The notes beneath the pieces were generated by a model. The model saw nothing but the letters and a program-made list of their open reading frames with translations, was not told the origin of the DNA and ran no database searches. Of a stretch of 64,000 nt of DNA, positions 9,202-19,946 are shown piece by piece; position 1 is the first letter of the stretch; each line of letters begins with the position of its first letter. A program made the position numbers and the translations under genes. Origin of the DNA: Candidatus Multivoradales bacterium (GTDB lineage: Bacteria; Acidobacteriota; Thermoanaerobaculia; Multivoradales; J023); NCBI GenBank assembly GCA_965248925.1, contig CBDFLE010000006.1, positions 4,352,001-4,416,000 on the forward strand. The letters are read 5' to 3'.

Positions 9202-10491
9202 CTAGCCCGCCTGCAAAGGCGCATCGAGGGTCTGGCGGACCCGGTGCAACAGTGAAGTTCGTGAGTAGGGTTTGAGCAGTAGGTGAGTTTCCGGCATTCC
9301 GCGTGCTTCGGTCGGGAGCAGCTCAGCACTACAGCCGCTAGTAAAAAGGGTCGGAATCCGTGCTCCGAGGTGACGGATGCGGCTATAAGCTTCACTACCG
9401 TTGAGCCGCGGCATCAGAGCATCCAGCAAAAGCAACTCGATATCTTCGGCATGCCGTTGGTAGAGGTTCACCGCCTCCCTGCCGTCGGCAGCTTCCAGCA
9501 CCCGATAGCCAGCGGTACGTAGCACTCTGGCTACCGAGGTTCGCACCAGGGCTTCGTCTTCGGCCAGCAGGATGGTCTCGGTGCCGGCGATTGGCTGCGC
9601 TGGGTCCAGCTCGTCGATGGACGGCGCACGACAATTCTCTGTTGGCAGGAGAATGCGAAGCGTCGTGCCAGCGCCCGGTTGGCTGTCGAGTTCGACCAAG
9701 CCGCCATATTGCTGGACGATGCTGGCGACCGTCGCCAATCCTAAGCCGGTGTTCTCGCTCTTGGTAGTGAAGAAGGGCTCGAAGATCTGCCGGCGCAGCC
9801 GTGGATCGATTCCGCAACCGGTATCGCTAACCGCGATCTCGACCCAGTACTTGCTCGCCTCGCCGCTGAGCCGCTGGCGCTGCTCGTGGTTCAGGCGGAT
9901 CTCACGGGTGGTAAGGGTGAGGCTGCCGCCCGCGCTCATCGCATCGCGAGCATTGATGCACAGATTTAGCATCAGCTGGTCGAGTTGGCCGGGGTCGGCC
10001 CGCAGCAGAGGTAGCGAGGAAGACGCCTGTAGCTGCACCTCGATGGTGCTCGGCACCAGGCAGTGAAGAAGCAACAGCAGTGAACGGACCTGCTGATTCA
10101 AGTCCAGGGCCTGCGGTTCACTCGGCTGCTGTCGGCTGAAGGCCAAGAGGCGAGAAACCAGCTCGTTGCAGCGTTCGGTGGCGCTTTCCAGGCGATGTAA
10201 CTCGTCCAATAGCTGGTCATTGTTGGCCGCAAGATCCTGAGCAAGGTCGCAGTGCCCAAGAATTACCTGTAGCAGGTTCTTGAAATCGTGCGCGACCCCG
10301 TCGACCAGCTGGCCAAGGACTTCCATCTTCTGTGCCTGGCAGAGCTGTTTTTTGAGCTTGCGGTTCTCACGTTCGAGAGTGACGAGGTAGCTTTCTTCGC
10401 GTGGGACCTCCGCGTTCTCACGGGCGGCCAGTTGCCGACCGACATCTTGTCTCTCGCCTTGCTGGACGATGTCTTGCCGCTGATCCTCCAT
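9202..10491 (-). CDS. Hybrid histidine kinase / receiver, cytoplasmic
   Basis: QAQKMEVLGQLVDGVAHDFKNLL H-box, NLCINARDAM, DTGCGI, FEPFFTTK, GLGLA; C-terminal receiver domain. Confidence 0.9.
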   Translation of the reverse strand: MEDQRQDIVQQGERQDVGRQLAARENAEVPREESYLVTLERENRKLKKQLCQAQKMEVLGQLVDGVAHDFKNLLQVILGHCDLAQDLAANNDQLLDELHRLESATERCNELVSRLLAFSRQQPSEPQALDLNQQVRSLLLLLHCLVPSTIEVQLQASSSLPLLRADPGQLDQLMLNLCINARDAMSAGGSLTLTTREIRLNHEQRQRLSGEASKYWVEIAVSDTGCGIDPRLRRQIFEPFFTTKSENTGLGLATVASIVQQYGGLVELDSQPGAGTTLRILLPTENCRAPSIDELDPAQPIAGTETILLAEDEALVRTSVARVLRTAGYRVLEAADGREAVNLYQRHAEDIELLLLDALMPRLNGSEAYSRIRHLGARIPTLFTSGCSAELLPTEARGMPETHLLLKPYSRTSLLHRVRQTLDAPLQAG

Positions 10492-10559
10492 GTTCCCTCC
10501 CAGGCCATCCTCGGTGACTTTCGGAGCCAGTTCCAGCCCTTCCCGCCGTGAACGCGAAA

Positions 10560-10760
10560 GTTGTACCAGATGAGTAACAATAAATCGATTTTATCGCAGT
10601 AGTTTCATTTAGAGAAGAATATTTTTCGTAGTTTGACCATTTTAGAGTAATATCAAGATAGAAAACGCAGCGTTCTATCGATGTATTTTCAGATTATTGA
10701 GGAATTTTCATTTTAATTCGGAGAACTTTGAAAATTTTTCAGTTTCCCGCAGCCCAATAT
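10560..10760. promoter_or_regulatory. AT-rich divergent promoter region
   Basis: Sharp AT enrichment between the divergent kinase and oxidoreductase genes; no specific site assigned. Confidence 0.4.
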
Positions 10761-10957
10761 CTGAGAGTTTTGCGGCTTCGATACTCCAGATTGAATGCGG
10801 AAGAACGTCGTCTCTCGGCAGTGGCTCGGTAGACCTGGCGCTTAGGCAGGGCCAATCTGACTTCGTGCCGACAACGACACCCATCGTCGATCCGCATGGG
10901 AGTGGGTAGAATGCGTGGGCGGGCAAGATGCGCGGCGCCAGGTAGAATGCGCCGCAG

Positions 10958-13201
10958 ATGAGCTGGAAACCCTCGAGTTGGGCATCGCCCATTCCCACTG
11001 GCCTTGGCCACACCAAGCCGGGACATTTCCGTGGAATGCTGAAGGTGGCGTGGGACAATCGCCGCCAATTGCCCTACGCTTGGCGGATTCTGCGCGATGG
11101 AGTGTGCGATGGCTGCGCCCTCGGCACCAGCGGCTTGCGCGACTGGACGATCGACGGAACTCACCTATGCATGGTGCGCCTAGAGCTGCTGCAGCTCAAT
11201 ACCGCGGCGGCTTTTCCCCCCGAGATACTTGCCGATGTCAGTCGGCTGGCCGGCCAGACTTCGGCCGAGTTGCGCCAGCTCGGCCGCTTGCCAGCGCCGC
11301 TGGTCCGGCGTCGCGGTGAGGCAGGTTTCAGGGTGATCGACTGGCGGCAGGCGATCGAACTTGCCGGCGACCGGCTGGCGGCGATCGATCCCGCTCGTTT
11401 CGCCCTCTACCTGACCTCACGGGGGATCCCCAACGAGACTTACTACGTGGCGCAGAAAGCTGCCCGCTGTATCGGCACCCCCCATGTCGACAACTCGGCC
11501 CGGCTGTGCCACGCGGCATCGACAGTGGCGATGAAGGCCAGCCTTGGGCACGGCGCTTCGACCGGCTCGTATCGCGATTGGCTAGCGGCTGACTTGATCG
11601 TCTTCTTCGGCTCCAACACTCCCAATAATCAGCCGGTCAGCACCAAGTATCTGTATCTCGCCAAGCAGCGGGGGACCCAGGTTGCGGTGGTCAATCCCTA
11701 TCGCGAGCCAGGTTTGCAACGCTATTGGGTACCGTCGAATCCCGAGAGCGCGCTCTTTGGCACCCGCTTGGCGGACCATTGGTACGAGGTGGATACGGGT
11801 GGTGACTTGGCTTTTCTCAATGGTGTGTTGAAGGCTCTGCTGGAGCTACCAAAGGGGATCGATTGGCAGTTCATCGATCGTTCGACGGTGGGATTCACGG
11901 CTCTCGAAGAGGAACTGCGGCGGCAGCCTTGGCGGCTCTTGGAGCAGGGCAGCGGCATGCCTCGGCAGCAGATGGAGGCTTTCGCCGAGCTGTTGGTCGA
12001 GCGCCCCAAGGCGATCTTTGTCTGGTCGATGGGCCTGACCCAGCATGCCCATGGCGCCGACACCATCCGGGCATTGTGCAATCTTGGGTTGGCTCGCGGA
12101 CTGCTCGGTCGGCGCGGCTGTGGTTTGACGCCGATTCGCGGCCATTCGGGAGTTCAGGGTGGGGCCGAGGTCGGCGCTGTGCCGCTAAATGACGCAGTGC
12201 CCGCCGAAGCGGCGGTACTCGATCGTTGGGCCGAGGTCTGGGGCTTCGACCCACCGCGGCAACCGGGGATGACCACGATGGCGCAGATCGCCGCCGCCGC
12301 CGCTGGCGGACTGGATGCCTGGTGGCTGATCGGTGGCAACTTTCTCGAGACTGTTGGCGGCGAGCAGCGCAACCGGAGTGCTCTCGAGCGGCCCGGACTG
12401 CGCATCCACCAGGACATCATGTTGTCTTCGTCGATGCTGGTCGAGCCCAGCGATACAGTCTTGATCTTGCCCGCCACCACCCGCTACGAGATCGCTGGCG
12501 GGGTGACCGAGACCACCACCGAACGCCGCATTGTTTTCTCACCGGAGATCGCCGGGCCGCGGGTTGCCGGTGCTCGGTCGGAGTGGCAAGTGTTGAGCGA
12601 AGTGGCGCGGCGGGCGCGTCCCGAACGCGCGGTGGCCATGGATTTTGCTTCCACCGGCGAGATTCGCCGCGAGCTGGCGCGAGCAATTCCCCTCTATGCG
12701 GGCATCGATAAGTTGCGGCAGAAGGGGGACCAGTTGCAGTGGGGGAGTGCCACCCTCTTCGCCGAAGGTCGTTTTGCCACCGCCGATGGCAAGGCCCACT
12801 TTGCTCCCGTCGAAACACCATGGCGTGATCTTCCTGGCGACCACTTTCGCCTATCGACCCGGCGCGGCAAGCAGTTCAACTCGATGGTGCAGGCAGAGGT
12901 GGACCCGCTCAACGGGGCGGCTCGCGACGATGTATTGATCAATGAACTCGATCTGCGGCGTCTGGGCCTGCGGGCAGGAGATCCGATCGAGCTGCGCTCG
13001 GCGAGTGGAAGTTGGCAGGGCAGGGTTCTACCGGCGCCGATCAAGCCTGGCAATGTGGAGGTTCACTGGCCCGAAGCGATGGCCTTGCTGGCCGCTGACT
13101 TGTTGGATCCTTCCTCCGGTGAGCCCGACTACAATGCGGTGGTGACGATCGAGAAGCTCACCGGAACCCGCACCCCTGAACCGCCCTCGCCGTGGGTCTG
13201 A
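10958..13201 (+). CDS. FdhF/YdeP family molybdopterin oxidoreductase
   Basis: GVCDGCALG, DNSARLCHAAS, PIRGHSGVQG, STRRGKQFNSM, PDYNAVV. Confidence 0.9.
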   Translation: MSWKPSSWASPIPTGLGHTKPGHFRGMLKVAWDNRRQLPYAWRILRDGVCDGCALGTSGLRDWTIDGTHLCMVRLELLQLNTAAAFPPEILADVSRLAGQTSAELRQLGRLPAPLVRRRGEAGFRVIDWRQAIELAGDRLAAIDPARFALYLTSRGIPNETYYVAQKAARCIGTPHVDNSARLCHAASTVAMKASLGHGASTGSYRDWLAADLIVFFGSNTPNNQPVSTKYLYLAKQRGTQVAVVNPYREPGLQRYWVPSNPESALFGTRLADHWYEVDTGGDLAFLNGVLKALLELPKGIDWQFIDRSTVGFTALEEELRRQPWRLLEQGSGMPRQQMEAFAELLVERPKAIFVWSMGLTQHAHGADTIRALCNLGLARGLLGRRGCGLTPIRGHSGVQGGAEVGAVPLNDAVPAEAAVLDRWAEVWGFDPPRQPGMTTMAQIAAAAAGGLDAWWLIGGNFLETVGGEQRNRSALERPGLRIHQDIMLSSSMLVEPSDTVLILPATTRYEIAGGVTETTTERRIVFSPEIAGPRVAGARSEWQVLSEVARRARPERAVAMDFASTGEIRRELARAIPLYAGIDKLRQKGDQLQWGSATLFAEGRFATADGKAHFAPVETPWRDLPGDHFRLSTRRGKQFNSMVQAEVDPLNGAARDDVLINELDLRRLGLRAGDPIELRSASGSWQGRVLPAPIKPGNVEVHWPEAMALLAADLLDPSSGEPDYNAVVTIEKLTGTRTPEPPSPWV

Positions 13202-13219
13202 AGTCGTGGATTTGAAACC

Positions 13220-14071
13220 GTGGGTCTGAAGCCGGTGGCACCCCCTAGTCAGCACGGCCCATCTTCAGCCGCCAAGACAGGGTTGGCCGAAGTCCAGGTC
13301 GAGCGCGCCGCCGGCCCAGCTGGCAGGTCCTCCGGCCGCGATTGGGTGGTGGTGGAATCGCCCCTCGAAATTCGTGTCGATGGCCAGCCCCTGGCGGTGA
13401 TCATGCGAACTCCCGGCGAGGATCGAGAGCTGGCGGCGGGCTTTCTCTACAGCGAAGGGGTGATCGAGCACGCCGGTCAGCTGGCGGCCTTGGAAGAAGT
13501 CTCCGACCCCGAGCATCCCGAGGCCGAGAACTTGCTCTTTGTTCGCCTCGACCCAAGTGCTGGCGATGCTCGGGGACGCCTGCGCCGCGCACAGCGCGAG
13601 TTGGTAGCCGCGGCTGCTTGTGGGGTTTGCGGTAAGCGCCGTTTGGCGGACCTGCGGCTGCCGCCGCCGCCGATCGAGCCACGGGTGCCGGCGCTCGAAC
13701 TAATGGGGGAGTTGCCGGCCCGGCTGCGCCGGGGGCAGAGACTCTTTCAGCTCAGCGGCGGGCTCCACGGCGCGGCGCTGTTCACCGCCGAGGGCGAGCT
13801 GCTGCTGCTGCGTGAGGATATTGGTCGCCACAACGCGGTCGACAAGGTGATCGGCCAGCAGTTGCTTGCTGGCCATCTGCCTCTCGCTGGCCGTATCTTG
13901 CTGACCAGCGGACGGGTCGGCTTCGAAATCGCCCACAAAGCGATCCGCGCCGCGGTGCCGGCTCTTGGTGCCGTCGGCGCGGCTTCCAGCCTGGCGATCG
14001 AGTTGGCCGCCGAGGCTGGCATGGAGCTGTTTTCCTTCCTGGCTCCCGGTCGTGGCAATCGCCATCTCTAA
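13220..14071 (+). CDS. fdhD: Formate dehydrogenase accessory sulfurtransferase
   Basis: MRTPGEDRELAAGFL, ACGVCGK, GGLHGAA, REDIGRHNAVDKVIG. Confidence 0.92.
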   Translation: MGLKPVAPPSQHGPSSAAKTGLAEVQVERAAGPAGRSSGRDWVVVESPLEIRVDGQPLAVIMRTPGEDRELAAGFLYSEGVIEHAGQLAALEEVSDPEHPEAENLLFVRLDPSAGDARGRLRRAQRELVAAAACGVCGKRRLADLRLPPPPIEPRVPALELMGELPARLRRGQRLFQLSGGLHGAALFTAEGELLLLREDIGRHNAVDKVIGQQLLAGHLPLAGRILLTSGRVGFEIAHKAIRAAVPALGAVGAASSLAIELAAEAGMELFSFLAPGRGNRHL

Positions 14072-14101
14072 GGGGGCGATTTAGTCGGCCTGGCGGCGAA
14101 G

Positions 14102-15847
14102 CTAGGCGGGTCCGATCTGCACCAACTCGGCTTCTTGCACTTGTTGTGCCTCTCCAGAGTCACCTACCAAATCACTGTGGCAGGCTGCTTTGGCGCCATT
14201 CTCGGGGCTGATGGCGGCCCGAGTCTTCGAGGCCAGACGGTGGACTTCCGCGGGTGACAGGACGCCGCGTTGTTCGAGAATCTGTCGCTGTTCGGGGGTT
14301 AAGGCGGCGGAGATTTCAGGTTTGTCCCAGGCGTAGTCGGAGTCTTTGCCGGAGGCGAATTCGACGATTTCTTTGGAGATCCGCACGCTGCACCAGTCGT
14401 GGCCGCACATGGCGCAGAAGTCGGTGTCGACATCGAGGTCTTCGTCGTGGAACGCCCGCGCCGTGTCGCTGTCGAAGGCGAGGTCGAAGTGACGCTGCCA
14501 GTTGAGCGCCGCGCGGGCCTTGGTCAGTTCGTCGTCCCAATCGCGAGAGCCGGGAATGCCCAGCGCCACATCAGCGGCGTGGGCGGCGATCTTGTAGGCC
14601 ACGCAACCCTGTTTGACATCGTCCTTCTTAGGCAGGCCGAGATGCTCTTTGGGAGTGACGTAACACAACATGGCGGCACCGTGGTAGGCCGCGGCGGTGG
14701 CGCCGATCGATGAGGTGATGTGGTCATAGCCTGGGAAGACGTCGGTAACCAGTGGGCCCAAGACGTAGAACGGCGCGCCGTGGCATACCCGGCGCTGCTC
14801 TTTCATGTTGTACTCGATCTGATCGAAGGGCACATGGCCTGGCCCTTCCACCATCACCTGCACCCCCTTGGCCCAGGCGCGTTCAGTGAGTTCGCCCAGG
14901 GTGTCGAGTTCGGCTAGCTGGGCGGCGTCGGTGGCATCTGCCAATCCCCCCGGTCGCAGGCCGTCGCCGAGGGAGAAAGAGACGTCGTACTCGCGCATCA
15001 CGTCGCAGATATCGTCGAAGATCTCGTACAGGGGATTCTCTTTGCCGTGGTGTAGCATCCACTTGGCCAGCAAAGCGCCGCCGCGCGAGACGATGCCGAT
15101 CAGCCGGTTTTGGATCAACGGCAAGTGCGCCCGGCGAATGCCAGCGTGGATAGTGAAGTAGTCGACCCCCTGGCGTGCCTGATGCTCGAGGGAGCGCAAG
15201 ATCAGGTCGTAGTTCAGATCTTCGATTTTACGACCGATGATCATCGAGTAGATCGGTACGGTGCCTATCGGCACGGTCGATTCGTGCAGAATGGCTTCGC
15301 GGCAGGCGTCCAGGTCGCCACCGGTCGACAAGTCCATCACCGTGTCGGCTCCCCATTGCACCGCCCAGCGTAGCTTTTCGACCTCTTCTTCGATGCCCGA
15401 ACTCACCGGCGAGGTGCCCAGGTTGGCGTTGACCTTGGTGCGCGCCGCGCGACCGATGGCCATTGCATCGAGGCGAAGGCCCAGATGATTGCGATTGGCC
15501 GGGATGATCAGCCGTCCCGCCGCCACTTCGTCACGGATCTGCTCGGCGCTGAGGTGGGGCTCACGCTGTGCCACGCGTTGCATCTGTGGGGTGATTTCAC
15601 CGAGGCGGGCGCGTTCTAGCTGAGTCACCGCCGAACTCGCCGGGCGCGGCGCCGGGGAGAAATCACCAGCGGTGTGCTGGGACACCGGCGGCATGCCGGG
15701 GGTGTCGGGGGAGGAGAAGCTCAGCGGGCCGCCGATCTGTGATGCCAACGCGAAGCTGCCGGGGCTGGTGCCCTGAAAGTCGGTCGAGGGGTTGGCGGCG
15801 CCGTGGCGCGGCAGGGCGGGACGGGCTGGGCTGGGCTGGTGGCTCAT
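14102..15847 (-). CDS. thiC: Phosphomethylpyrimidine synthase
   Basis: [53 protein letters not shown]. Confidence 0.96.
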   Translation of the reverse strand: MSHQPSPARPALPRHGAANPSTDFQGTSPGSFALASQIGGPLSFSSPDTPGMPPVSQHTAGDFSPAPRPASSAVTQLERARLGEITPQMQRVAQREPHLSAEQIRDEVAAGRLIIPANRNHLGLRLDAMAIGRAARTKVNANLGTSPVSSGIEEEVEKLRWAVQWGADTVMDLSTGGDLDACREAILHESTVPIGTVPIYSMIIGRKIEDLNYDLILRSLEHQARQGVDYFTIHAGIRRAHLPLIQNRLIGIVSRGGALLAKWMLHHGKENPLYEIFDDICDVMREYDVSFSLGDGLRPGGLADATDAAQLAELDTLGELTERAWAKGVQVMVEGPGHVPFDQIEYNMKEQRRVCHGAPFYVLGPLVTDVFPGYDHITSSIGATAAAYHGAAMLCYVTPKEHLGLPKKDDVKQGCVAYKIAAHAADVALGIPGSRDWDDELTKARAALNWQRHFDLAFDSDTARAFHDEDLDVDTDFCAMCGHDWCSVRISKEIVEFASGKDSDYAWDKPEISAALTPEQRQILEQRGVLSPAEVHRLASKTRAAISPENGAKAACHSDLVGDSGEAQQVQEAELVQIGPA

Positions 15848-15974
15848 GGTTAGATCTCCTCGGTAGCCGCGGGCAGGTAAACGCGAAGGGCGTACGTCTT
15901 GCCGTCGGAGTGCTCAGAGACCGTGCTGCTGACCCCGCCACTCAGTTGGCGCTGGCGGTGAGATTAGGTGGCCT

Positions 15975-16055
15975 ACGCATTCCCTACGCCGGTGCGAGCC
16001 GGATCAGGTTCCACGGGTGCTTCTCAGCGGCCTGTTCTAGCCGTGCCCCGAGCGT
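15975..16055 (-). promoter_or_regulatory. TPP riboswitch
   Basis: Minus strand reads CTCGGGG...GCTGAGAAGCACCCGTGGAACCTGATCCGG...CCGGCGTAGGGA, matching TPP aptamer hallmarks, upstream of thiC. Confidence 0.93.
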
Positions 16056-16114
16056 GCTGCCATTCTATGCCCTTCCATCGCCTAGGAAGCAAGTCGGAGC
16101 TTAAATGAGGCAGC

Positions 16115-18481
16115 TCAATCGAGCGTTAGTTGCCGGCTTACCGGCGGTAAGCAACGTTGGTCGTCGCAAGCTTGGAAGATCAGCCGCAGGCCATGGCTGC
16201 CATAGAAGGTCCCGGTCAGGCTGACAGTGCCTTGATAGACGCTGATTTCCTGTTTGGCGAAAGCTGGCTTGAGCGGCTCGCCGGGTGGGTAGGAAATTGC
16301 TTCGAGGTCGCCCTCCGAGGCTTCGAGCTGGGTCGGAATCAGCAGCTCGTCCGAGGCTGGATTGGCGTTCAAGTGCCAGCCGTCAGCGATCTTCAGATGG
16401 ACGGTGATCAGGCGCCCGGCTCGGTCTTCGTGCTCAAGGGCGGTTGTCGTGACCGTCGACGCGACGACTCGCTGAGCCTCAGCCTCGAGCCGCGAGACAG
16501 CTGATGGAGTCGCAGCTGTTGGTGAGCTGCCTTGGCTGTGCCTCCAGGCCGCCAGAGCCAAGGTGCGACCACCGGCCGGGGATTTCTCGAGGCGTGGCGC
16601 GAAGGCTTTCAAACTGGTGGTTGCTCGCTCTCGCCAGCGTTGTTCGCCGGTAATTTCGCTGAGTCGCAGCAGGTTGAGCATGGCGATGCCGTTAGCGGCG
16701 GGAATCGCGCCATCGCTGAGGTCTTTGCTGCGATACAGCAGGTTGGGATTCTCGGCGGCGAGGAAAAACCCTCCCTGGGGGTCGCCGAGACGGGCGATCT
16801 GCTCGTCGGTGAGTTGGCGGGCGGCGCTTAGCCAGCGCGCATCGCCGGTGGCCTCATGCAGGGCTAGCAGCCCGCGGACCAAGAAGGCATAGTCGCTCAA
16901 ATAGGCGTCGATCTTGGCCGTGCCTTGGCGCCAGCTGTGTTGTAGCACACCGTCTTTGGGGCGAAGGTTGGACAATACGAAGCGCGCCGCGCGCTCGGCT
17001 TGTTCGAGATAGCGCGGTTCTTCGAGCAGCTGGCCGGCGGTGGCCAGGGCGGCGATCGCCATGCCATTCCAATCGGTCAGGATCTTGTCGTCGACCAGCG
17101 GCCGTGCGCGCCGTTGACGCTTTGCCAGCAGCTGCTGGCGCAGGGGTTGGAGCCGGGTCAGCAGCTGTTCGCGGGTTATTTGCAGGCGCGTGGCGTGCTG
17201 GTCGAGGGGCTGTGCCAGGTGCAAGACGTAGCGTTCTCCCTCGAAACTCGGCTCGCCATCGAAGGCGAAAATCGGCGCCAGAAAGGCCGCTTGCTCGCTG
17301 CCCAGCACTTGCTCCAGCTGGTCGCGGCTCCAGACATAGTAGGCACCCTCCTCGGCGTCGGTCTCGGCGTCGATGGCGCTGAGCAGAGCACCTTCTGGCG
17401 AGGTCAGTTCACGGGCGATAAAAGCGGCGGTTTCTTCGACCACGCGAGCTGCTTCCAGGTTGCCGGAACGGTGGTGCCAGCGAGCATAGAGTTCCAGCAA
17501 GTGGGCGTTGTCGTAGAGCATTTTCTCGAAATGCGGCACCCGCCACCAGGCGTCGGTGGAGTAGCGGTGGAAGCCGCCGCCGATCTGATCGTAGAGGCCG
17601 CCGCGAGCCATCCGGTCGAAGGTGGTGGCCAACATCTGCTCCGCCCCAGCGAAGGAATCGGCGAGTTCCAGCAGCAGGAAGAGGTTGGACGGCGAAGGGA
17701 ATTTCGGTGCTCGGCCAAATCCTCCCCATTCCTTGTCGAAGGTGCTGCTCAGATGCTCGGCCGCGCGTTGGGCGAGTTCCGCCGTAGGCGCCTCGGCAGC
17801 TGGTTCGACCGCCCCTTCGAGCACTTGCCCCATCACCTGAGCGAAGCGATCCGCTTGTTTGTCGATTTCTTGCCGCTGCTGCTGCCAGGCGGTGCTGAGC
17901 GATTTCAGCAGCGAGGCGAAACCCGGCCGTCCGCCGCGATCCTCAGGGGGAAAGTAGGTGCCGGCGAAGAACGGCTTGAGTTGCGGGGTCAAGAAGAGCG
18001 AGTTGGGCCAGCCACCGCGTTGGGTGAAGATTTGGGTGGCGGTCATGTAGATCTCATCCAGATCGGGGCGTTCCTCGCGATCCACCTTGATCGGCACGAA
18101 GTGCAGGTTGAGCAGCGCCGCGATTGCCGGGTTAGAGAAGCTCTCGCGCTCCATCACATGGCACCAATAGCAAGTCGAGTAACCCACCGAGAGGAAGATC
18201 GGCTTGTCCTCGCGGCGCGCCTTGGCCAGCGCTTCCTCCCCCCAGGGGTACCAGTCCACCGGATTGTTCTTGTGCAGCAGCAGATAGGGGCTGGTCTCGT
18301 CGGCGAGGCGGTTGGTGGGGCCGCCGTGCGGCGCCGTAGTTTCGGCGGTTTCGGTGGCCTCGGTGGTTTCGGTGGCCTCGTCACCACTGCCCGGGGAAGA
18401 GCCGGCGCAGGATACGGTTTGCAGGCCGGAGCAGAGGAAAGTGACACTGGTCAGCAAGGCGATTCGTTGGAGTATCGACAT
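16115..18481 (-). CDS. YyaL/DUF255 thioredoxin-domain protein with C-terminal DsbD-N-like domain
   Basis: [41 protein letters not shown]; C-terminal GWHLNANP...[11 protein letters not shown]. Confidence 0.88.
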   Translation of the reverse strand: MSILQRIALLTSVTFLCSGLQTVSCAGSSPGSGDEATETTEATETAETTAPHGGPTNRLADETSPYLLLHKNNPVDWYPWGEEALAKARREDKPIFLSVGYSTCYWCHVMERESFSNPAIAALLNLHFVPIKVDREERPDLDEIYMTATQIFTQRGGWPNSLFLTPQLKPFFAGTYFPPEDRGGRPGFASLLKSLSTAWQQQRQEIDKQADRFAQVMGQVLEGAVEPAAEAPTAELAQRAAEHLSSTFDKEWGGFGRAPKFPSPSNLFLLLELADSFAGAEQMLATTFDRMARGGLYDQIGGGFHRYSTDAWWRVPHFEKMLYDNAHLLELYARWHHRSGNLEAARVVEETAAFIARELTSPEGALLSAIDAETDAEEGAYYVWSRDQLEQVLGSEQAAFLAPIFAFDGEPSFEGERYVLHLAQPLDQHATRLQITREQLLTRLQPLRQQLLAKRQRRARPLVDDKILTDWNGMAIAALATAGQLLEEPRYLEQAERAARFVLSNLRPKDGVLQHSWRQGTAKIDAYLSDYAFLVRGLLALHEATGDARWLSAARQLTDEQIARLGDPQGGFFLAAENPNLLYRSKDLSDGAIPAANGIAMLNLLRLSEITGEQRWRERATTSLKAFAPRLEKSPAGGRTLALAAWRHSQGSSPTAATPSAVSRLEAEAQRVVASTVTTTALEHEDRAGRLITVHLKIADGWHLNANPASDELLIPTQLEASEGDLEAISYPPGEPLKPAFAKQEISVYQGTVSLTGTFYGSHGLRLIFQACDDQRCLPPVSRQLTLD

Positions 18482-18739
18482 CCAGTCACTCTATCGCCTA
18501 TCGCGCCATCGGATGCAGCAGAGGCGCCGCCGAAGGAGGGTGGCGAGTCGTGCACCGCTCCTCCAGCTAGTAGTCACCCCAGCCGCCCGACCTGACGTAA
18601 TCATCTGCCTCCACCCCGATCTCGGATCGCATGACCTTTGAGTTGTCGTTGTTGGAAGCAGAAGCAAGGTAGAGGAGAAATGGGTTGTTTGAACAGGGCT
18701 TGCCGTCGGGCGGGGACGAGGTCTACCAGGGTCCGTGCC

Positions 18740-19946
18740 GTTTCGGTTCACTGAAGGCGGGCCGCTGGCGACGTTGAACCAGGCGCCGTTTGGAATGTCT
18801 TCAGATGCGTTATATTCGCGGCAACTTTTCATGCGCTCCGGAAGCGCCCGCAGAGGTTTTTTTGCAAGATGAGTGATGGTCGGCGAAAATTGCGCAGTGT
18901 GTGTGTTTTTTGTGGTTCTAGCGAGGGGCGGGCAGCGGTTTACCGCTCCGCTGCCCAGAATCTTGGCCGATTGCTGGCGAAGCGCCGGCTGGAGCTGGTC
19001 TACGGCGGCGGCAGCGGCGGCCTGATGGGGTGCATTGCCGACGCGGCGCTGGCTGCCGGTGGCCGGGTGGTGGGGGTGATTCCTCGCGCCATGCTCGAAT
19101 GGGAGGTCGAGCACCGCCAGCTCGACGAACAGCATGTGGTGGGCTCGATGCATGAGCGCAAGGAGAAAATGCACCAGCTGTCGGATGCCTTCATCGCCAT
19201 GCCGGGAGGCCTGGGGACCCTGGAGGAGCTGTTTGAGATCTGGACTTGGCTCCAGCTCGGGGTGCATGGCAAGCCGGTGGCCTTGCTCAATGTCGAGGGC
19301 TATTGGGATCCGATGATCACCATGCTCGACCGGGCCACCGAACAAGGATTCATCAAGCTCGAACAGCGCCGGACGTTGATTGTCGAGGCGGAAGGCGAAG
19401 CTATCTTGGATCGCTTCGCAGATTTTCGCGACCCCCGGCTGCGACAATGGAACGATGGTGGCACCGGTGACGGCGCCGATTCTCAACCTCTCGACTCTGG
19501 AGATTCGTAATGCGATTTTTCGCCTCGCTGCTGGTTTCGCTTTCGCTTTTGTTACTGCTGGCCCACTGCGGGCAGCCAGATGGCGGTCACTCTGCAGCTA
19601 GCGCCGCACTCGACGCTGATCTGCGGGCGGTCGCGGTGGAGCTGCGCGACAGCTCTGCCGAGCGCTCGCAAGCCTATGAGTTTCTGCGTCAGCTGACTTC
19701 CGAAGTGGGGGCGCGGCCCGCAGGTTCGCCGGCCGACTCTCTGGCGGTGGCTTGGGCGGTGGCCAAGCTCGAGGAGATGGGTTTCGAAAATGTCCGCGCT
19801 GAGTCGGTGACCGTTCCCCATTGGCGGCGCGGTGAGGCGGCCGCGTCGCTGTTGGCGCCGGTGGCGGAGGAGCTGGTGGTGGTGGCGTTGGGGGGCAGCG
19901 TTGGCACCGCGGCAGGCGGGCTCGAAGCAGAAGTGGTGGAATTTCC
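18740..19946 (+). repeat. 1207-bp direct repeat, copy 1 (left island boundary)
   Basis: Colinear with 30695-31901 (offset 11955 at both ends), with scattered substitutions. Confidence 0.95.
18869..19510 (+). CDS. LOG family nucleotide phosphoribohydrolase (TIGR00730-like), copy 1
   Basis: VCVFCGSS, LVYGGG, MHERK, PGGLGTLEE. Confidence 0.92.
   Translation: MSDGRRKLRSVCVFCGSSEGRAAVYRSAAQNLGRLLAKRRLELVYGGGSGGLMGCIADAALAAGGRVVGVIPRAMLEWEVEHRQLDEQHVVGSMHERKEKMHQLSDAFIAMPGGLGTLEELFEIWTWLQLGVHGKPVALLNVEGYWDPMITMLDRATEQGFIKLEQRRTLIVEAEGEAILDRFADFRDPRLRQWNDGGTGDGADSQPLDSGDS

Noticed and set aside
17000-18595. 531-aa plus-strand ORF
   Set aside because: Antisense to the well-supported yyaL-like gene with no motifs; typical of high-GC shadow ORFs, as are most other overlapping ORFs in the track.
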